From: an uncultured archaeon
Lineage (GTDB): Archaea; Asgardarchaeota; Thorarchaeia; Thorarchaeales; CAZPUN01
Assembly: GCA_964589775.1 (NCBI GenBank)
Contig: CAZPUN010000027.1
Location: 1-32,000 of the forward strand
Direction of reading: 5' to 3'
Length of the DNA: 32,000 nucleotides
The notes under the pieces are model-generated. The model was not told where the DNA came from. It was given only the letters and a program-made list of their open reading frames with translations, and made no database searches. The translations under genes and the position numbers were made by a program. Below are positions 9,419-18,372 of the stretch, piece by piece. Positions within the stretch are counted from its first letter, which is position 1; each line of letters begins with the position of its first letter.

Positions 9419-10078
9419 ATGATAATACTCATCGATATGGATGGTACAATTGTATATGCGCCTGAACGCAACCATATAGCTATTAAAAAGGCATTTGAAG
9501 ACTTAGGTTTTGATGTACCAATTGAAATAATCCGAGATAGGTTCAAATTTACAGAAGACCCAATTCATCGTATTAAGAGAATAATACCTGAAATTTCTGA
9601 TAAGACAGCTCTTGAAATTAGATATAAAATGTCTAATTATTTCTATGAATTATATAAAATGTCTAAACTAATCCCTGGTGCAAAACAAACTTTAGATGAA
9701 TTATCGCAAAATCATATTTTAATTCTTGTTACATCAAGAAGTAATCACAATTCGACTTTGAAAGAGCTTGAATATCTGGGTATAAAGCAATATTTCAACA
9801 AAATAATCACTGCAGGAATATTGTATGATCCGAAAACAAGCTTCCTTAGCGATTTCACAAAACAACGAATTCAATTACTCCGATATGCACTTGATGGTCA
9901 GAAGAATGAAAATGTCATGGTAATTGGTGACAGACGAAAAGAATTGGAAGCTGGAAAAATTTTAGGATATCCTACTGTTGGCGTACTTTCAGGTGTTGGA
10001 ACATTTGAGGAGTTAAAAGACGTTGCAACTTATATAATTGAATCTATAAAAAATTTGAATAATATTATTAAATTTTAA
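9419..10078 (+). CDS. HAD-superfamily hydrolase (phosphoglycolate phosphatase-like)
   Basis: Motif I DMDGT, LIPGA, motif II LVTS, and VIGDR..ELEAGK..G..TVGVLSG. Confidence 0.88.
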   Translation: MIILIDMDGTIVYAPERNHIAIKKAFEDLGFDVPIEIIRDRFKFTEDPIHRIKRIIPEISDKTALEIRYKMSNYFYELYKMSKLIPGAKQTLDELSQNHILILVTSRSNHNSTLKELEYLGIKQYFNKIITAGILYDPKTSFLSDFTKQRIQLLRYALDGQKNENVMVIGDRRKELEAGKILGYPTVGVLSGVGTFEELKDVATYIIESIKNLNNIIKF

Positions 10079-10155
10079 AAAATATTCGGCATATAATAAA
10101 TATTATATAACAGAATTTATAAATAAATTATTAAAAGTAAAACCCCAAGATGTAG

Positions 10156-10800
10156 GTGTTCAGTCTTATGTTCGGTAAAAAACCTTATGATTATAAAATA
10201 TATGTAGCAGGGCCTTTTCAAGCAGGAAAAACTACTTTAATTCATAAACTAGATCCTAAAGCACTTTCAATTGAAAAACCATTACGTGATGGTAGCGGAT
10301 CTACTACAACTGCATTTGATCTTGGTCATGTATTTTGGGTTAGACCTCGAGAAGAATCCCAAGGTTTAGTCATTAGTGAGCAAGAATTTGAAAAAGAAAA
10401 GGATCAATATAATGGATATATTGTATCTAAGGTCGAGCTAAAGGGCGGTCCCGGGCAAATTCATTTTAAGGCAGTCCGTGAAATGGTTATGAAAAATAGT
10501 GATGGTATCTTGTTTCTTGTTGATAGCTCCGACCCTATGTCTATTGGTCAAGCGAGTGCGCTTTTGGAAGAAGCAGTTCTGCATTTGGGAAAAGATATTC
10601 CTATTGTAGTGCTCGCAAACAAACAAGATTTGCCTGATGCTATGCCCGTAGAGACTGTGAAAACATTACTTGGGGATAGTGAAATTATTACAGATATCTT
10701 TCCCGCATCAGCTTTGAATAATGTAGGAATTAGTGATGCAATTTCATATCTATTAATGAAAATAAAAAAGCGTAAGGAATCTTTGTCAGGAGGGAATTAG
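10156..10800 (+). CDS. Small Ras-superfamily GTPase (MglA/Arf-like)
   Basis: G1 GPFQAGKTT, G2 STTTAFD, G3 GGPGQ (no Asp), GILFLVDS, G4 NKQD, G5 SAL. The start is GTG 10156 or ATG 10168. Confidence 0.9.
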   Translation: MFSLMFGKKPYDYKIYVAGPFQAGKTTLIHKLDPKALSIEKPLRDGSGSTTTAFDLGHVFWVRPREESQGLVISEQEFEKEKDQYNGYIVSKVELKGGPGQIHFKAVREMVMKNSDGILFLVDSSDPMSIGQASALLEEAVLHLGKDIPIVVLANKQDLPDAMPVETVKTLLGDSEIITDIFPASALNNVGISDAISYLLMKIKKRKESLSGGN

Positions 10801-10801
10801 T

Positions 10802-11233
10802 TTGAGCGAACTTAGTGAAATCGAAAAAATTATATCTTCTAGGCTTGCAGAACTTAAAAAATCAGTTCCTGTTTGGGCCTCGATTGTAGTTACAGAAGAT
10901 GGGCTTCCAATAGCCTATGATCTAGCTGAACATACGGATCTTACAACTATCAGTGCAATTATTTCTTCAGTTGTTTCAATTGCCGAACGTGGTGTTCAAG
11001 AATTAGTTCCAGATCAGCCTTTAAACCAAGTCATATTAAAAATTGGTGATGATCCAACTGGACAAACAATCATTATGGAAAAAATTTGGGAAAATGTAAT
11101 TATATTTGTTATATTTCCTACAGTGTCTAATCTTGGATTGGTTTTACTTGAATTAGAAAATGCAATTCGAGATATTATAGAAGTTATTAAATCAAATGTG
11201 GATGTTAAATTGCATCCTGAAACAGTATTATAA
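10802..11233 (+). CDS. Roadblock/LC7 domain protein
   Basis: Pattern SIVVTEDGLPIA...ISAIISS...AER...NLGLVLLEL. TTG start 1 nt after the GTPase stop, with a GGAGG SD-like site. Confidence 0.88.
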   Translation: MSELSEIEKIISSRLAELKKSVPVWASIVVTEDGLPIAYDLAEHTDLTTISAIISSVVSIAERGVQELVPDQPLNQVILKIGDDPTGQTIIMEKIWENVIIFVIFPTVSNLGLVLLELENAIRDIIEVIKSNVDVKLHPETVL

Positions 11234-11247
11234 GGAGGAAATCGACT

Positions 11248-11667
11248 ATGACCAAAGGTGGAACTCTAGCTAGATTAAATAGGTTTTTAGATAAACTAAT
11301 TGCTGAAACAAACTGCGAAGCTGCATTTATTTCAAATAAGAATGGATTAATAATGGCAAACAGATCAAAGACTGATATTGAAATCAGTCCCAAGGCAATT
11401 GCTGCAATGTCTTCTTTGATAAACGAATCAGGTGAGAAAACATACCGCCGATTAAATTTTGCAAAACCTGAAGTTTCAGCTATTTTCAGCAAAGAATTCA
11501 TTATAGATATAACAAACATCTATATTCGTGATGGAAAACAAGAAATTCTAGTTACTAAAGTAACACGTAACCATAATAATAAAAAAGGATTTTTCCGTCG
11601 TAAAAAAACTATCAAGCTTGGTATTTCCGATGCTTTAAAGAGGGAACTAGTTAGTCTATTTACATAG
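11248..11667 (+). CDS. Second, divergent Roadblock/LC7-like protein
   Basis: Pattern AAFISNKNGLIMA...AIAAMSSLI, AAGGAGG SD-like site, and a basic insert KKGFFRRKK. Confidence 0.75.
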   Translation: MTKGGTLARLNRFLDKLIAETNCEAAFISNKNGLIMANRSKTDIEISPKAIAAMSSLINESGEKTYRRLNFAKPEVSAIFSKEFIIDITNIYIRDGKQEILVTKVTRNHNNKKGFFRRKKTIKLGISDALKRELVSLFT

Positions 11668-11929
11668 CTTCCTCTAGTATTTTATCGATGTGGGATTTCC
11701 ATTCTGGTTTGAATTCAAGTGCTTTTTTGGCACACTCTATCGCTTTTTGTTTTTCTCCTAACTGTAAATGAGCTTTTGCTTTATAATACCAAGCTTTTCC
11801 AAAATCCGGTTTTAGTTTTATTGCATGCTCATAACATTCAATGGCGCGCTTATAATCGCCTTTTACCTCTGCGACTCTTCCTTCTTCAAACCAGTCGTAT
11901 GGTGTATAATATTCTTCATCGACAGACAT
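11660..11929 (-). CDS. Small TPR protein (about two repeats)
   Basis: AIECYEHAIKLKP and AWYYKAKAHLQLG. Its 3' end overlaps roadblock-2 by 8 nt (convergent). Confidence 0.85.
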   Translation of the reverse strand: MSVDEEYYTPYDWFEEGRVAEVKGDYKRAIECYEHAIKLKPDFGKAWYYKAKAHLQLGEKQKAIECAKKALEFKPEWKSHIDKILEEAM

Positions 11930-11966
11930 TCAATTCTCCTCCATTATAATAATAAAAAATAAGGAA

Positions 11967-12416
11967 CTAATAAATGTCACTTATTGGATATACGATTGTA
12001 AATACTGCCTGCTCTAATGTCATTACACCGTCTTTTACCCATTTGAATATGAGTTCTACGCCCTCTTTTCCAGCCAAGCTACATAGTATGTCATATACTG
12101 AATCATGGAATCGCTCATCCTTTAACAGTTCTTCGATGGTCTTTGTGATAATTATCTGGCGAATATCTCGAACAGGATGAGTTATCCAATAAAATATTTT
12201 TTCAACTTGTTTATCTGATAGATTATATTTATTTGCATTATTTTGAAGGTCCTCTAATACTTTTTCTTTATTACTTCCATTTACATTTGATATACCCAAT
12301 TCGTAAGCTAACAGATCGTATAATAGGTGGTCCTCTGGATTTTTGCGAATTATATCGACTAATATCTTTTCGACATCGATTGGCGTAATTTTTCTTTCTT
12401 GCATTTTTATACCCAT
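11967..12416 (-). CDS. Hypothetical protein
   Basis: 149-aa ORF with protein-like composition, co-oriented with its neighbours. No motif recognised. Confidence 0.65.
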   Translation of the reverse strand: MGIKMQERKITPIDVEKILVDIIRKNPEDHLLYDLLAYELGISNVNGSNKEKVLEDLQNNANKYNLSDKQVEKIFYWITHPVRDIRQIIITKTIEELLKDERFHDSVYDILCSLAGKEGVELIFKWVKDGVMTLEQAVFTIVYPISDIY

Positions 12417-12492
12417 ATATATATATTATACATATTCTTACAAAAACATTACTATTTTATAAGGGAAAAATCAAAAGCAAAAAATTGATTTT

Positions 12493-13296
12493 TTAATAAT
12501 AATGGTCCTTATCTGGAAAAATTTCTTTTCTAACCTCATCAGCATATGTATTTATTGCCTTAACGATTTCATCTCCTAAATTTGCATACGTTTTCAAAAA
12601 TTTCGGTTTAAATCCACGAACCATACCTAACATATCATATATAACTAGTACTTGTCCATCACAATATGGGCCTGCACCTATTCCAATAGTTGGAATATTT
12701 ATTGAATTCGTAATTTCTTTTGCAATTTCTGATGGTACCAATTCTAAGACTAGAGAAAAAGCTCCTGCATTTTCAATTGCTTTTGCACTTTCTATCAAGT
12801 ATTTTTGTGTTTTTTCATCTTTTCCTTGGACTTTATATCCTCCAAATTTGTGGATCGACTGCGGTGTAAATCCTATATGTCCCATAACTGGTATACCCGC
12901 ATCTACTACTTTTCTGATTATGTTTTCAATTTCTTTTCCCCCTTCCATCTTTACCGCTTCGGCATGGCCTTCTTGGATCAAGCGTCCTGCATTTTGCAAT
13001 GCCTGCTCTGGACTAATTTTGTAAGTCATAAATGGCATATCCGCTACTACTAACGAATATTGATTTCCTCTTGCGACAGCTGCTGTATGATGTATTATAT
13101 CTTCGAGAGTTACTGGTATTGTATTGTCATATCCTAAGACTGTATTTCCAACGGAGTCTCCCACCAAAATTATGTCCACGCTGCTTTCATTGAACAACTT
13201 GCTCATAATATAATCATAAGCAGTTAACATTACAATCTTTTTGCCCTTCTTTTTCATCTGTAGGAGTTTTGTAACTGTGATTTTTTTTCTATCCAT
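12493..13296 (-). CDS. panB: 3-methyl-2-oxobutanoate hydroxymethyltransferase
   Basis: Motifs MLTAYDY, ILVGDS, VVADMPF, VKMEGG, MGHIGFTPQS, TIGIGAG..CDGQVLV. The start is placed at ATG 13296. Confidence 0.96.
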   Translation of the reverse strand: MDRKKITVTKLLQMKKKGKKIVMLTAYDYIMSKLFNESSVDIILVGDSVGNTVLGYDNTIPVTLEDIIHHTAAVARGNQYSLVVADMPFMTYKISPEQALQNAGRLIQEGHAEAVKMEGGKEIENIIRKVVDAGIPVMGHIGFTPQSIHKFGGYKVQGKDEKTQKYLIESAKAIENAGAFSLVLELVPSEIAKEITNSINIPTIGIGAGPYCDGQVLVIYDMLGMVRGFKPKFLKTYANLGDEIVKAINTYADEVRKEIFPDKDHYY

Positions 13297-13387
13297 TTTA
13301 ATCCCAGCCGATTTTGGATATACTAAAAAAGATTTATGAATATTCGGATTTAATATTGTTTTGATTATCTGCAAAGGAAGGGTATCC

Positions 13388-14311
13388 ATGGATTTATTCA
13401 AGATAAAAGCGAAAATTAAGTATGTGCTTTTAAGATTTCATAGTAATTTGGAAAAGTATCTGAGAATCCTATGGGTAGTGACGAAAAGCGTCTTTGAATT
13501 AATTATTTCAATTGCCTTTATCGTATTTGCGGTTTATTTCCATTCATGGATAGCAAATCTTCCTCCTTCGAATATTAATCAAAGCCTTCCTGAATCTTAC
13601 ATTGTTGAAATTACAAAACATTGGGGTTGGGGCACATCACCATTTTTCGAATTTGTACTTGGAGTTCATAATACTATATTATTTAATTATGGTTTAGATC
13701 CTATTAATGGGAATCTTATTTTACCTATTGTATTGTATGGATTTGCAATAACATTCATTTCATTGTATGGGGCTCTTGTCCTACTTATATTTGTATATAA
13801 AAATTCCTTCGAGGTTAAAAATAATGTAACTATTGCAATTAAGCATGAGCATTTATCTGACATTAAGTTATGGTCTGGTGGGTTTATTGTATCTCTTGTA
13901 TTAACCGGTTTTGTTCTTTATTTTGAACCAATTTTACATATGTGGGCTGGCGTGTTTAAGCAAATTGTTTTACTTTTACTTATGTTCACTGCAACTGGAA
14001 TATTTATGAGTTTCAATGGAAAATTTTCAGAATATCTTTCGACTCAAGAATTAGTTAGTTTATTTGCACATCAGCTCGCGCCTTTAATTATAAGTCTATC
14101 AATAATCTTTGAAACATTGATTCGCATTAATGGCATAGGATATTTATTATTTGATTCGCTATTTATTCAAAATACTCCTGTATTGTTTGGATCCTTCTAT
14201 TTATTAGGACTTTTATTATTTCCATTGCGAATATTTTCAGGAGCTATAAAAATAGAAAAAAGAGAAATTGATGACACGTCATCCCGAGTAATATCTACGT
14301 ATCTTGGATAG
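13388..14311 (+). CDS. Membrane protein, divergent DppB/OppB-like ABC permease
   Basis: The C-terminal IIFETLIRINGIGYLLFDSLFIQNTPVLFG resembles the DppB consensus viEtiFswPGlGrll.dai..rDyPvvqG. No clear EAA loop. Confidence 0.5.
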   Translation: MDLFKIKAKIKYVLLRFHSNLEKYLRILWVVTKSVFELIISIAFIVFAVYFHSWIANLPPSNINQSLPESYIVEITKHWGWGTSPFFEFVLGVHNTILFNYGLDPINGNLILPIVLYGFAITFISLYGALVLLIFVYKNSFEVKNNVTIAIKHEHLSDIKLWSGGFIVSLVLTGFVLYFEPILHMWAGVFKQIVLLLLMFTATGIFMSFNGKFSEYLSTQELVSLFAHQLAPLIISLSIIFETLIRINGIGYLLFDSLFIQNTPVLFGSFYLLGLLLFPLRIFSGAIKIEKREIDDTSSRVISTYLG

Positions 14312-14313
14312 AT

Positions 14314-14847
14314 CTAATCTATCCGTTCTAATTCATTTGGATATCGCTTTGCGTTGTTTGTATAAAAATCAACAAAGCCATCGATTTGAACGCGTGCGGG
14401 GTCTTCTGGAGATTCAATATATCTCATAACTTTTGCAGGGACTCCTACCATAATACTATTTGCAGGGGCTTCCTTATTCTGAGGGAGAAGCGCGCCATCT
14501 CCTATTATTGCACCTGTTCGAACTACCGTATTATATGCTATAATTGCACCCATACCTATGGCAGCTCTATCTTCAATCAATCGTGCATGAATTGTTGCGT
14601 TGTGTCCTATATTTACATAATTACCGATTTCTGTTGTATATTCTCGTTGGCTGTGAATCACGACGCCATCTTGGATGCTAGTATGAGATCCAATAATGAT
14701 TTTTCCGCCATCGCCCCTAATTACGGCTGTTGGTGCGACAAAGGTATACTCATCAATTGATACGTCACCAATAACAACTGCCATTGGGTGTACGTATGCT
14801 TTTGGATCTATTTTTGGAACAAGTTTTCCCAACTTATAGATTGCCAT
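14314..14847 (-). CDS. Gamma-carbonic anhydrase family (YrdA/CaiE-like) hexapeptide-repeat protein
   Basis: VIGDVSI, AVIRGD, IQDGVVIH and IGHNATIH (three His ligands), GVPAKVMR. Confidence 0.9.
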   Translation of the reverse strand: MAIYKLGKLVPKIDPKAYVHPMAVVIGDVSIDEYTFVAPTAVIRGDGGKIIIGSHTSIQDGVVIHSQREYTTEIGNYVNIGHNATIHARLIEDRAAIGMGAIIAYNTVVRTGAIIGDGALLPQNKEAPANSIMVGVPAKVMRYIESPEDPARVQIDGFVDFYTNNAKRYPNELERID

Positions 14848-14881
14848 ATTTCATCACGTCATAATTTTGTATGTTTCTGTT

Positions 14882-15754
14882 TTATGTATTTATAGTTAAT
14901 TCGCTTCCAGCTCCCGCAAATATAAAACCATTTAATTCAGTAAATCTTCGTACCGCATTAAATCCTGTACAATGGAGTGGTACTATAAACTCTATATTGT
15001 TAGATTCAAGTTCATGAATTATTTCATCTATTTCTGCATTAGACGCTGCTCGTAAGTGAAATCCACCAATAATCCCATAAATTGGTAAGTCTGATAGATT
15101 TTTTGCGTATCTGATTGTATTTATCAATCCGCTATGGCAGCATCCAGTAATTATGATCTGACCTTTGTCTGTTAATAATGATATAAACTGATCATCAATT
15201 AATGGGTCTTCAATCCAAGCCTCATTCTTTTTATATAGCGAGTGTTTTGATGGTTTTGAGTAATATCCTGCGATCCGTGGGACTTCCCCGGATATAATTA
15301 TGTTCTCTGTAATGTTCGTTGGTTGTATCGTATATGTTACATCATAATCTGTCAAAATCTTCCTTACTGTTGATGAAAGTCCAACATTGTATGAATAATC
15401 CTTGTATTTTACCAATCTTTCAGACAACGCATGTGGATGCAAATATATGGGGATTCTAGCAGAAATAATATCCATGAGTCCTCCAACGTGGTCCCAATGT
15501 CCGTGAGACATTACATACGCATCAATGTCTTTAAGTGCTATGTTTAAATGTTTCAGATTATGTTTAAAAACCGATGAACTCCCGGATGAGTCTAATAATA
15601 GCTTCTTATCATCATGTTCAATAAATATCGAAAGTCCATGTTCTGCCATACAATGGTCTGGTGATTTTGTAAGTAATGTGTGTTTTATAGTATCGATTTT
15701 TGGGGTAAACGGTTCTCCAACTTTATTGTCTGCTACTATTATTATTCGTGTCAT
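14882..15754 (-). CDS. Metallo-beta-lactamase-fold hydrolase (COG1237-type)
   Basis: Motifs AEHGLS, SHGHWDHVGG, DDQ, ITGCCHSG, GGFHL, PLHCTG. Confidence 0.9.
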   Translation of the reverse strand: MTRIIIVADNKVGEPFTPKIDTIKHTLLTKSPDHCMAEHGLSIFIEHDDKKLLLDSSGSSSVFKHNLKHLNIALKDIDAYVMSHGHWDHVGGLMDIISARIPIYLHPHALSERLVKYKDYSYNVGLSSTVRKILTDYDVTYTIQPTNITENIIISGEVPRIAGYYSKPSKHSLYKKNEAWIEDPLIDDQFISLLTDKGQIIITGCCHSGLINTIRYAKNLSDLPIYGIIGGFHLRAASNAEIDEIIHELESNNIEFIVPLHCTGFNAVRRFTELNGFIFAGAGSELTINT

Positions 15755-15802
15755 GATTATCCCTCATTATGTTAAAAAATAAAAAAGAAGTGTAAAAAGT
15801 AT

Positions 15803-18265
15803 TTACTTCTTGAACTTGATTATATATACTATAATTACAACAGCTACGGCTCCACCAATTGCGATTATTGGTATATAACCTAAAGTGTAGCCTCCGCTTG
15901 GATGTTCTTCGCCATTGGAAATTGTAGTGTTAAAAACTGGTGATGTGAATACATGCCCATCATGATCAAATGCATAATATTTATACTGTACATTTGTTCC
16001 GCCTGGTAGTGCCTCCAATAAAGTACTATATCCATTTGTTTCAGCGGTTAGTGTATGATTTTCCCAACCATTTCCAGTATTATAACTGACTAAAACTGAA
16101 GTGACTCTGCTCATAGTATCTGGTGTTGCGAATAGTCCAATTACAGCTTCTTGATTTGCCTGTGGTGGATTTGGTTCGAGTTTTGGAACGAAGTAGTATG
16201 CAGCACCATCTACAGAATATTGTTTTATGTCTCCCACGCTTGAATTTTCGATTGTTATATGTACAACTCCATATCCTCCATTCTTAGCTGAGAATGTTGC
16301 ATTGTAAATATACTTACCATTTGCAGGTATTGTAATATCTGTGATTTCGGTATTTGCTAAGTTAAGATTTTGGACTTTTGTAACGGCTTTGAAGGTAATA
16401 CTTTCGGTATTATAATTATTAATTGTAACCGAGAAAGTCTTACTAATTCCAGTTTCTGTAAATATTGCACTATATTCGTTGAATGTAATTGATATATTTA
16501 GTACCTTAGAATTCAATCCTGATTCTGCATATTGGATCGCGCGATATGGATTTCCATTATCAAATGCACGTATAGCACATTTGAGATAATATCTCGAGAG
16601 TGATGCAATATTTCCAGAATTTTCATGTGCCGTTATTGCATTCGTTAGATTTTGAATTAAATTCTGTGCTTGTTCTGTATAATTGAATAGTACATCGATC
16701 CAGGTCTTTTCACCAATGAGCGCATTGTTAAAGCGGTCTCTAATTATAACGCGTCTATTTAAGATTGCATTGACTAAGTCATGTCCTGATGGATTACCCA
16801 TGTATCCATGTGTCTCGTTGAAGAACATGTACATCTCCATTAATGGCATCTTAATTCTGTTATGTGAATCTGAAGCACCTACGAATACATGTGTAAATCC
16901 AGCTTCTGGACTTCCCAGTATATATCCGGAATTATCAATCTCAATACCATCGAAACCGATCTCATCAAAATGCATGTAGGGTTCAATATAACTTGGTCCG
17001 ATTGTGGGATGCGCATAGATTGCAATTGCACCTTGCTTGTGGGCTTCAATTACAACTGCTTTGTGCGTACTATTGTGAATATTTGCAGTTGATGGGAATA
17101 CAGTTGTATGTTGAATGTGAGAGACTTCTTGCCCCCAGACAACTTGTAGGTCATAATGATTTGCACGAATATATGCATCTGCAGCTTGGGCGCCAGTTAT
17201 ACCTCCAATAGTAACTGGCTTTTCATAAATATGATCTGTAAGAACAAAATAGTTTAGGTCTGCCCAGAGAGCTGCATCGGCTTGTTCATTGGGTCTGTCT
17301 CTACCATCACTATGTGTAGTATGGTCATGATATACGCCCAAGTATGGTTTGAAATCTTGAATCCATGATGCGTTTGGTTCTGGTCCAACTCCAACGTACA
17401 GAATAAATGGATCTGGAACAGATACTGTACGTTGTGGTATCTGTGCAAGCCATGTAAATACATTTAGAGCCAGCTGATAATGGTCATTTGGATTCTTAAG
17501 TTCCTTATTTAAGAAGATCATAAATGGTCCCGGAGAGCCAAACGCCAATATTCTTCCAGAGCCATATGTTGATGCAGCTACTACAGTTTTTCCATCGTAT
17601 TCTACGAGGCTGGTTGCTGGTGATTGAACCGTTAGAGTGCATGATTTCATATCATCTGCATAAGATGACATTGATTGTACATCTGTAAATATTTCATGTG
17701 ATGGCAAATTTGTAATCAAGTAATGTTCTGAATCTTGATTAAAGTGTATTCCGAAGTTCTCTGCAATTGGGTTAAGGTGTGTAGTTGTATATCCCCAACC
17801 TGAGCCACCTTCATTCAGTCCTACTAAGAGAAGGCCTCCTCCATTGTTCACAAAAGCTTTGATAGCATCAATTTCGCTGCTGGATAATGCTATCTGTGGG
17901 TACATAATTACGAGAACATCATAGCCAGCTAAAAGGCTGGATGTGATATTTTTATCTAAATTAGTATCTGAATGAATTTGATTAGCAAGTAATAAGCCTC
18001 CAATTATTGAAGCATTTCCCGGAGACCATAGATCGCTAGAATTGTATGCATGCGCTTCATCGAATAATACATTTGCAATATATGTGTCTGATAAAACAGG
18101 TCTCACGAAGGGATGCTTAATTTGAGGCAATGGTGGTAATACATTTGCAGCGGCTTGAGGTGCTGCTTGAATTGGAGATGGATAAACAAATGAAAGTGTA
18201 AAAATCAAAATAAATACAATCGAGACTTTTCTATTCACCTTTTGTCGGCCTCTTTTATTTTTCAT
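15803..18265 (-). CDS. Secreted, C-terminally anchored protein: GIFT/DUF4350-like domain + PHP metallophosphoesterase + beta-sandwich domains
   Basis: Signal peptide (..SPIQA); VLFDEAH...YDVLVI..P...EIDAIKAFVNNGGGLLL...GRILAFG; PHP motifs HDHTTHSDG, TDH, GQEV, AHP, GASDSH; terminal TM helix followed by KFKK. Confidence 0.8.
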   Translation of the reverse strand: MKNKRGRQKVNRKVSIVFILIFTLSFVYPSPIQAAPQAAANVLPPLPQIKHPFVRPVLSDTYIANVLFDEAHAYNSSDLWSPGNASIIGGLLLANQIHSDTNLDKNITSSLLAGYDVLVIMYPQIALSSSEIDAIKAFVNNGGGLLLVGLNEGGSGWGYTTTHLNPIAENFGIHFNQDSEHYLITNLPSHEIFTDVQSMSSYADDMKSCTLTVQSPATSLVEYDGKTVVAASTYGSGRILAFGSPGPFMIFLNKELKNPNDHYQLALNVFTWLAQIPQRTVSVPDPFILYVGVGPEPNASWIQDFKPYLGVYHDHTTHSDGRDRPNEQADAALWADLNYFVLTDHIYEKPVTIGGITGAQAADAYIRANHYDLQVVWGQEVSHIQHTTVFPSTANIHNSTHKAVVIEAHKQGAIAIYAHPTIGPSYIEPYMHFDEIGFDGIEIDNSGYILGSPEAGFTHVFVGASDSHNRIKMPLMEMYMFFNETHGYMGNPSGHDLVNAILNRRVIIRDRFNNALIGEKTWIDVLFNYTEQAQNLIQNLTNAITAHENSGNIASLSRYYLKCAIRAFDNGNPYRAIQYAESGLNSKVLNISITFNEYSAIFTETGISKTFSVTINNYNTESITFKAVTKVQNLNLANTEITDITIPANGKYIYNATFSAKNGGYGVVHITIENSSVGDIKQYSVDGAAYYFVPKLEPNPPQANQEAVIGLFATPDTMSRVTSVLVSYNTGNGWENHTLTAETNGYSTLLEALPGGTNVQYKYYAFDHDGHVFTSPVFNTTISNGEEHPSGGYTLGYIPIIAIGGAVAVVIIVYIIKFKK

Positions 18266-18372
18266 TTACTAACTTTTTTCATAATCCTTTTTAGTTTTCC
18301 GAAATTATAGAGATATTTTTAAGAGTACGAATACAAATTCTTTTGGATAGAAAAATTAAGGATGTATGGCTA

